A stretch of 64,000 nucleotides of DNA from Paragordius varius (taxonomy: Eukaryota; Animalia; Nematomorpha), in the NCBI GenBank assembly GCA_964247055.1, contig OZ176052.1:8866001-8930000 (forward strand), read 5' to 3'. Shown here in pieces: positions 55,455-64,000 of this stretch. How positions within the stretch are numbered: position 1 is the first letter of the stretch; each line of letters starts with the position of its first letter. A model generated the notes under the pieces. That model was not told the origin of the DNA. It did no database searches and worked only from the letters and a program-made list of their open reading frames with translations. Position numbers and translations under genes: made by a program.

Positions 55455-55813
55455 ACCATTTACAATTCAAATTCACCCTTGAACAATTCAAATTTACCCT
55501 CGAACAATTCGAATTCACCCTTGATCAATTCAAATTTACCCTAATAAATTATGTGTTTTCGGGCTAATATAAGTCAACATTAATGAGAAATATATTCTTA
55601 TGGCATATATTATTTTTCCAGCATTATATTAATTTTAAACTAAAGTTCATTTTTCAAAAATATAAAAAAATATAGGTAATTTTAATCTTGAACATAATTT
55701 ATATTAGGGTGAATTTGAATTGTTTGAGGGTGAATTTGAATTGTTCAAGGGTGAATTTGAATTGTTCAAGGGGGAATTTAAATTGTTTAAGGGTGAGTTT
55801 GAACTGTAAATGG
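55455..55813. mobile_element. 21-bp-unit MITE (copy 3, complete)
   Basis: TA|CCATTTACAATTCAAATTCACCC...GGGTGAGTTTGAACTGTAAATGG|TA, with 4 units on the left and 5 on the right. Confidence 0.85.
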
Positions 55814-56524
55814 TATATCATTATTTCCTTTAAAAGGGACCACAAATGATTTACTTTTATCCCTTGATCTCAGCTGTGTAAACACAACAAAATAAAACTT
55901 TTAACCATAATTTCGTAAAACGTAAATCTTAAAATAAATCCAATGATATTTGAATATTAACTTTAATAAGGGACAGTTTAAATATGGTCAATACGAGTAA
56001 ACAATATGAGCTTCTGCAAAAACCCGTAAAAGAATAATTAAAGACATTATTTTTTATCTCCATTACCTCTATTTATTGCAAATTATTAGAAATAATTATT
56101 GATGAGACTACGTCACAGGAGCGTGACAGGCAAGCTAATATTTAATAAAAATATTAATTTCTTATCAAATATTGCCTGATTAATTCGATTTTGTAAAATG
56201 TTCCGTTTATGTTATTCTTGTTTTATATTAAAATTGTATTAGATTAGATTTATAGATTTTAACGGTAAATGTTTTTCCTATTAATGATTGGCACATGAAA
56301 ATATGATAATAGATTTTTGGAATCAACGTCATATACATGCATTACTTTTGTCTGAACAAACTTTAATAAATTTGTATAATTACAACTATAAAAGAAAAGA
56401 AAATCAATCTTATTTATGGTAGTGCCGATCCGTTTGAGATGCAAGGATTCAACTTAATTGTTTAAAAGATTTATTAAACCTTGTTAAAAAATTTAAAAAT
56501 CTTAACACATTATTGATAGCTTAC

Positions 56525-58196
56525 CTTTTAAATCCCCAACTGTTTTGCCTTGCTCCAAAGTGCAATTGATTTCATTGACAACGGAAATGCCATTAATATT
56601 TAAAGGACTAGACTCATAACAATTAGTGGGATCATCAGAATCCAAATTGCAAGTAGTACTTTGTTTAACTTTATGAGCCAATATATCTGTAGAATTTGTT
56701 ATTAAATTAAAATTTGGATAATGTTGACTTTGACTGTTTAGTAGCTGAAAACTATCGCTTTTTTCCAAATTAAAATTTGCAGAATTTCCAAAATTTACGC
56801 CATAATTTTGATAATATTGGTCATTAATGTGAAAATTATTAGAATGCTTAAAGGAGACATTAGTTAACCCTGAACAAACATTGGTGCCAAGAGAATGGTT
56901 AAAACAAGGAAAATAATTGTAGTTTGGACAAAAATAATTTTTGTACTCCAAAGGATTCGGTTCATACGGTTTGATCATAGGGGAGGGGGATGCTACCGAA
57001 ATTAGTTCTGGAAGGCTTACTGAAGCCCCTGTAATATTTTTCCAGCATTGGGAATCATTGGATATAGAGGCATTTTCTTTTTTGACGTATTTAGGAGCGG
57101 AGTCATCCCCCTTTTTCACAAAACATGATATGGCTTTAGCGATATTACTATGATAAGCGTATATTTCAAGTTTCTTCAGAGCCTCTAAGTCTTCATAAAA
57201 CACATTGTTGTGTTTGTTACCATTATCAGCATTAATACTAAATGCATGAGAATTCGAATATGTTAAAGTGCTGACACCCAATTTTGGGTATCTGTTGTTG
57301 TTTATATCATCGGATCCGTTAACAGTCCATTCAATCAAAGTTGTAGGCAAAGAATTGGATTGTTGATAAAAATATGGTGGGCTATACGAAGCATTATTAT
57401 GGGTAATATGTAAGTTTGGATAATAATGGTATACACTATTTTGACCATATGAGTAAGCGAAATTGCTATTCTCTTCGTTAACCAATTCACTGTCTGCTAC
57501 CTCATGGAATTTGGGATCTGAATTGTTTTGTGTTTTATAGTCAGCAAATCCTGTGAATGTATTAAAAGTGTTTGGATGTCTTTCGTTTTTACTTTCATTT
57601 GCGGCAGGAATACAACTCAAAGGTGGTGTCTTCGTCTGCTCAGGATAATATGCGTTAAACTTTTTTTGATCATTTAAAAGAGGATAATTTTCAAATTTAT
57701 TGAGTTCACCTGCAGTGGGATTGCTTTTCCTGTGCCCAATATCGGATTCGAAATTCCATTCATTATTTTTGCTCCGTGCCAAAAAATTAGTTTGATCATC
57801 GTTAATTTCACCGGGATTATTGAAATAAAAATCCCCAGGTTGGTAGTATAAACTTTTAGAATAATCCTGAGTGGTATAATGATTATAAGGATTGCAGTGA
57901 TTTGGTGTATACGGGGACAAATTGATATCAGATGTTACATTATTATTATTATAGTTTTTAAGATATATATTTTGATTATCGTTAGGAAGGGTTGAGAAGT
58001 TTAAGAAATTTGGTATATAATCTTGTGCCGATAAAATTAAATTTTTTGATGTTGGAGGATTTAAAAGATCAAATTGATTCTTAATGCTATGATTCGTTGT
58101 TATTGCTGTAGTTATTTTTGGTTGATGATGTTGATCTTTTAATACTCCTGAGCTGCTGACTTGTACAGAAACGAGATTTCCTTGATCCCATAACAT
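56525..58196 (-). CDS. 1672-nt low-complexity (N/Y/S/P/Q-rich) coding exon, probable first exon of Pitx
   Basis: A 564-codon ORF is certainly non-random here. It has a strong phase-1 donor AAA G|GTAAGC at 56524, matching the phase-1 acceptor at 52764. No domain recognised, and the link to Pitx is inferred. Confidence 0.65.
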
Positions 58197-61100
58197 TTTT
58201 ATTATGTTATTTTGAGTATTATTTTTATTAGTCTCTAGATTGATTGTGGTATGGGATTGATAAAATTGTGTTATTATGGCTTAAAAATTTAAACTTTCAT
58301 ACTTAACTTGTATTGTAAAATCACGAAATCTAAGCCAAATTATTTGGTATTTGTTGTGTTGTGTGGTATTAGTTAAAACTAATCCTCAGTATTAAAAATT
58401 TGCTAGTTCGTTTGATTTGATTTTTGTATATAATCTTTTCTTCATGGTGTATAATATATATAATATTTTTTTAAATAGTATTAGATAAACGAATTGATTT
58501 TGACAATTAAATATTGGGGAAAATATGAAAAATATGATTTGTTGAAAATTAACTACTGATTGAAACCACAATGGATTAATGTATTACATTAAAAAATGTT
58601 ATTCCATATCCATTCTATAACATTATTCAATAAAAAGTCAATATATATAACAAAAAATTTATTATAAATATGAATATTACACGTAATTATTGTTAATATG
58701 TTTAGGAATTAAAAAAATAAATTTTTTACTAGATTTATATTATTTTTTGTAAAATTATATATAATCTAATTTTTTTAAAACAACATTGATCTTAGCAATA
58801 TATAATTTCAGCATATTTACCATAATTTCAATTAAAAACATTTTCATATGCAGTCGATGTAAGCCATACCATACATATCATAGAAGTCAGACTAATTTAT
58901 TGGGTTTTATTAAACTTTGTTTTTTTTTTGAATTTATTATCTATGCCAAATTAATTTTTATTTTGGTTGTACGGGGAGTATCTTAGAGGCAATAGAAATC
59001 TGTTTTTGAAGTGAGTTATCTATCCAAAATATATTAAAATACAGCCTCTGTTTGCTCTATATGTCCTTATATAAATTAATGGCATTCAAGCGGAAAGATG
59101 TAGGATATAGTCGGTAGTATATATTTTTGCCATTATTATATAATTTCAGCATATATAATACCAATATTTTATAAAAATTATTATAAAAGTTATATGAAAT
59201 AATCATGTATAAATATAATTTTCTTTATATTCCCTTTTCACGATTCGGGAAATTATCAATTATGTGATTGATTAAATTGCTTTAGGAAACTGATTTTGAA
59301 TGTGATAATACTTCTTACAATTGTTTTTTGGGAATATAAGGAATACTTTTTCGAAAATTTTTTTTTACTTAAATACTAAAATATTGATTTTATAATCCTT
59401 TCTCCGAAAGTTTTATGTGATTAGTTTTAAGATCAATATCAATAATTTTACTGCAAAAAATAATTTTTATTATAAAAAATAATTTCGATGCCTTTCAATT
59501 ATCACACACGTCAATCATTTAGTAGTTTTTCTCTAAATTTATGCGTAGATTCTTATGTGATGGTTTTAATTTTTTTATTCAAAATTTGATAAAAAATTTA
59601 ATAATCAATATAAGAACAAGACATCTGACAACTCTTAAAATATCCAATTTCTTTTATTTTTGATCAAAGCTATGACCGTTAATTAAAAATACTCATAACA
59701 TAAAATTAGATGTTTCAATTAGGTTTTTTTAAAAAAAAACAATCGTAATTGTCAAAATTATAATTAAATAAAATAATGATAAAAGCTAGAGAAGAGATTA
59801 AGATAAATAGTTTATTAATCCCTTCCTACATAATGGAATTTTTAGTTTTATTGGAACATGTCTTGCTTCCCTATTGTCTAACTAATTACGATGATTTTTA
59901 AATTAAATTAAAAATTTTAATTTATATGAATTCTAACAAAAAAATATGTTAGAAAAATGTAATATAATAATTATTTATGTATTACACACAATATGTAACT
60001 AATCATTCATAGCAAAAGATTTTGTATATAAAATTTTATACAAAATGTAAAATGTGTAGCAAAAAATTTTATAATTTGTAATTAAATCCTTATGTTTGAT
60101 TTATAAAATGTAATTTGAATAGTAAAGTTAATAATAAAAAACACAATAAATGCAATTAATGGGAAATATCTGGATTTTAGCCCTCTTCACTTCTGTATTG
60201 ATCTTGGAATCCCTTTTCGTATTTGTCTGTTGGGTAAAAATATATTTTTAAAAGTTTTGACTTATAAAAATACAGGCGAGATGAAACCATATAAAATTAA
60301 TTGATAATTGAAAAATTTAGCGAGATTGAAATAAACGGGTTAATCTTTAATAAACCATGTGTTTGACCTTTCTATTTTTAAGAGCTACACCTTAATGGGT
60401 TACTCGTTGACAAAACTGTACATTGTAATTGTAATACATTTTGAAAATAATATTATGACCCAATTAAATATTGTTTTTGAATTCCTAATTTTCATGGCTA
60501 TTAACATACTATATAACTAAAATAAATGGGGCTGATTAATATATTATTAGTAAAGTGTATAAATCTTTCTATGCATATAAATACCAATGGCGTATATAAA
60601 TAGATCGACGGCTGTTTGGCCACGGGATTCATAAACTAAGGGGAACTTAATTAACATAATTCAATCTGCATTTTTGCTTTTAATGACTAAGTATAATGCA
60701 GAAACATAATTAGTAAATTTGTTTTATTTTCAAGTGAGCAATAGCACTAAAAAATGCAGCAACCTTTTAACGTCTATTAAAACGTTTGAATTACTTTATT
60801 ATATAGAGAGGAGAGTCATCAAATGTTTAAAAACGGCCATAAGCCACCTGTGAGTATAGAATTGAACCCGAAATCGCCCCGCTTTCATGGATATAGCAAT
60901 AAGATTTCCGATTGATCAAAAAAATATTTTTCAAGATTAAATTTAGTACATTTTATATGTTGAACAAACTATCCTGGCTTTTTTATTAAATAAGTAAATC
61001 ATATTTGCTAATGCAGTTATAAATGATAGTGTGTAACCCTTTTTAGGGAAAAGATTATACAAATTTAATTAATCTTATTTTACCACTCCTAATATATATG

Positions 61101-61973
61101 TTTCGTGCAAGTATTATAGCAACGGCAATTGACTTTTACTGTTAAAATACATTAGCGATGCCAAATTTTATAAAGAACAAGCCTCAAAAATCGAGTCTTA
61201 AGAATTTCCCGTAAAAATTCGATATGGTTAACTACACATCTCCTTTTTGAATACACCACTGGTGAACAACTTTTTAAATTAAATCTTAAGGTCCAATCCC
61301 TACCTTTTAGATTTTTAAATATACGTAAATAGCGTTTTTGAAAGAATTTTTTGAAAAAACGTATAGGCCCAATAAATGACCATTTTTTATATCTATAAAT
61401 TCGCTGATCTTAGCCTTTTTTAATACCAATAGCAGCTTAACTTTCCGTAAAAATACTCCCAAATTTAAACAAAAGATAGATAATATTATATATGACAACT
61501 ATTTTCAATCTTAGTAAGTCATTATTCATGGGTTTAGAGTTACAACTAAATTTATGGAATATCCCTTATAAATCAAAATCTTTAACCACTAGTAAGGGAA
61601 ACCTTATTCGCTGTACCAGGCGAGAGAATGTAACAAAAGATCACAATTTCCTCAAATCCTTCTATAAGTTCGCCTCACAGAGTGTATAAGTTTCCTGACA
61701 TTACCACGCGAAGGTGAATGTTGGATTTCCTCTATGTTCAGTACAACCACCTACAACTAATATGGACATATTTGCGAATGAATTCCTATAATTGGGTCAA
61801 AAAATAGCTTAACTTAAACGGCCCAACCTGAAAAACCGACTTAAAACATTTCACCCAAAATCCATCATTTTAGATAGAAGATTTAAGATTAGGAGGTTGG
61901 TCCATAGTAACCCCAAAGACCCTGGGGCTTAAAAACCGTGTTTTAGAATTACTAGAATCTTTTCAGTTGCCCC

Positions 61974-61998
61974 TATATATATATATATATATATATAT
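61974..61998. repeat. (TA)n microsatellite
   Basis: Uninterrupted dinucleotide run. Confidence 0.9.
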
Positions 61999-64000
61999 TA
62001 TGTTAATTGCCAAAAAATATTTTTTAAGTATTACCACCAGTTACAAAGTAAATATTTTGCGGACGCCTTATCGTTTTTCGAGCCTTTTGTTCTGAAAAAT
62101 TATAATAATCTAATAATTAATTGACTATCATCATAACAGTAAATTGCAATAAGCGTTCGAAACTAAAACCGATTTATTTATGTATAAAGTTTTCCTAATG
62201 TTTAACTCTTCATAACAAAAATATAGCGAACTAAAAGTTAATCCACTTTTTACACCAAAAAAATCGTTGGAAAACACAACCAAATTTTAATTAGTTTAAT
62301 AATTATAATTTATTAGCTCTATCTAAAATGTGAAATGCTAACAGACATATATGGATAAAAACCAGGATAGTCATATATTTTTTTAAACGCTCGAATGATT
62401 TAATAACTGATGGAATTTAGCAGTCTCTAATGCAATTATATATTTTTTGTTATATAAAAAATTAAAAATAAAAAAGTATTAATTTTCCCTTGTTTAAAAA
62501 AAATAATCAAGAGACACCAAACACACACTATATAAATTAAATTTTTTTCCCCAGTTTTTTCATACAATAATTCTATTTTCCTATTACATTGTTTATAACT
62601 CTCGTAGTAATTTGATTAAAAATGATACAATTTATTAATAAAACTCATATTTTTCGTCATTATTTTATATTGGGAAAAAAATTATTTTTATTGACATTCT
62701 AATAAATCATACGTTCAACCAAGGGTAATGGAGAACAAAATAAATTAAACAGCATATATATGGTGCCATTTAATTATCATTGTCCAGTTTTTATTGCTAA
62801 TGTTTGATGGAAAAAACCAATACCTACTATATATATAATTTCTTCCTTGAATATTATCATATAAACATTCAATTGGTTATTGATTGGTATTCCTACCATG
62901 ATGCATAACAAGATTGATTGTTGATTTTACCAGAAATAATTGCAAAATTTATTCAATAATAATATTTATAATGGCTTGCATATTAATTTTATGTAGAGCT
63001 CTACATGATCATTTTTTGTATGTATTTTATTATCAAATATTAGTAAAAAAATTTAAAAATATATCTCATATATAAAAATGTGGATAATTTAAAAACAGAT
63101 AAATGCGGTCAGTGTCCCTTATGCAAAGGGCATACAAAATCACTATAAAAACTTAATAATTTTGAAAAACTACAGTTATCTGAGTAAGTATCATGAAAAA
63201 AAATAAAATTCCAAATTTATTTTCTCATTCTTTCCCACCAATTTTGATTTCGGCCGGTAGCAAAAAGATGTTTAATCTAACCCGTTGATTAAATGGAGTT
63301 ATTGGTTTAAAGAGACGCGCCTTCTCAACCTGTACAATGTTGTGTTGCATTAAACTCTGGCATAGACGTAAACATTGGGTATAATTTAGGGTGGGACGAC
63401 CTATGGCAAACGAATAAACAAATAAAGGGTAAACATATTTAATTAATTTAAGGGAAATATTATGCGTGCATAGTTGTTTGAAAAGGGTATGAAATTAGAT
63501 TATTATTAAAATATCACGTTTAACAAAATTAGTGATTGTAATTATATATTTAAAAATTTAAATGTAAATTATAACAAAAATAGTTACTAATGATAATTTA
63601 TCAATTATGAACATATTCAATTATTCATTTACACGTAAAACCTATTGAAAACTATTGATTGATAATTATTTTCAAAAAAATGTAAAAATTGGAATAACTA
63701 AAATAGTTAAAAATGGAAAAATATAATACCATCCATTTGGCACTGTCCATTTACCCGTTCTAATATGTTGTTAATTCGAGAAAATGGTTCATTTTTATCA
63801 TGTGTTTCTATGGCCAATATCTTCAAAAACAATTTCTCATACATGGATAAATGACTAAAAATGATAAAAAAATGATAGATAGGATAGTATTTGCAGCTTT
63901 GCGTTAATTATTTTATTTACAAATGATTATGATTTAACAAAGATTTTCTGTAATAATTAGGCTAACAGAGGTAAACATCGAAATTTAATCCTTAAATGAC

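Noticed and set aside
60840-60910. GGGTTCAATTC on the minus strand, resembling a tRNA T-loop / B box
   Set aside because: No A box, acceptor stem or cloverleaf could be built. At most it is a SINE fragment.
61492-61960. Slightly GC-richer segment with a 65-aa ORF
   Set aside because: No motif, splice-consistent model or repeat partner in the window. Probably a TE fragment but unassignable.
58200-64000. Fox-like (GTAAACA/ATAAACA) and TAATCC motifs upstream of Pitx as Nodal/FoxH1 or autoregulatory enhancers
   Set aside because: Such short AT-rich motifs are frequent by chance here, and no clustered canonical FoxH1 sites were seen. Conservation data would be needed.

Overview
Very AT-rich (roughly 25% GC by eye), intron-containing animal nuclear DNA; the species cannot be determined from the sequence. 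Manual splicing supports eight protein-coding genes: Di-Ras (cut by the window edge), SMG6/EST1A, an intronless BTB-domain gene, EXD3/Mut-7/Nibbler, mitochondrial PNPase (PNPT1), an unidentified coiled-coil gene, sterol C5-desaturase (SC5D) and a Pitx homeobox gene. The rest is largely decayed mobile DNA: an RTE-type LINE, mariner relics, hAT MITEs with 8-bp TSDs, TA-flanked MITEs, foldback elements, a Helitron-like array and a 2.35-kb CAC-ended element with ~890-bp inverted arms. Main observations: (1) Nine ultra-short GT-AG introns (22, 23, 23, 24, 24, 24, 29, 30, 32 nt). Seven are needed to restore clear homology in PNPT1 and SC5D; the two in EXD3 keep a weaker N-terminal match open. They sit in the same genes as 0.1-1.4 kb introns, mostly at the 5' ends. 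(2) Extremely tight head-to-head pairs: the EXD3 and PNPT1 start codons are 9 bp apart, and the orphan and SC5D start codons are 57 bp apart. (3) A Pitx model of about 1,010 aa with a large low-complexity N-terminus and no recognisable OAR motif. All exon models are hand-derived and need RNA confirmation. No rRNA, tRNA or CRISPR array is supported.
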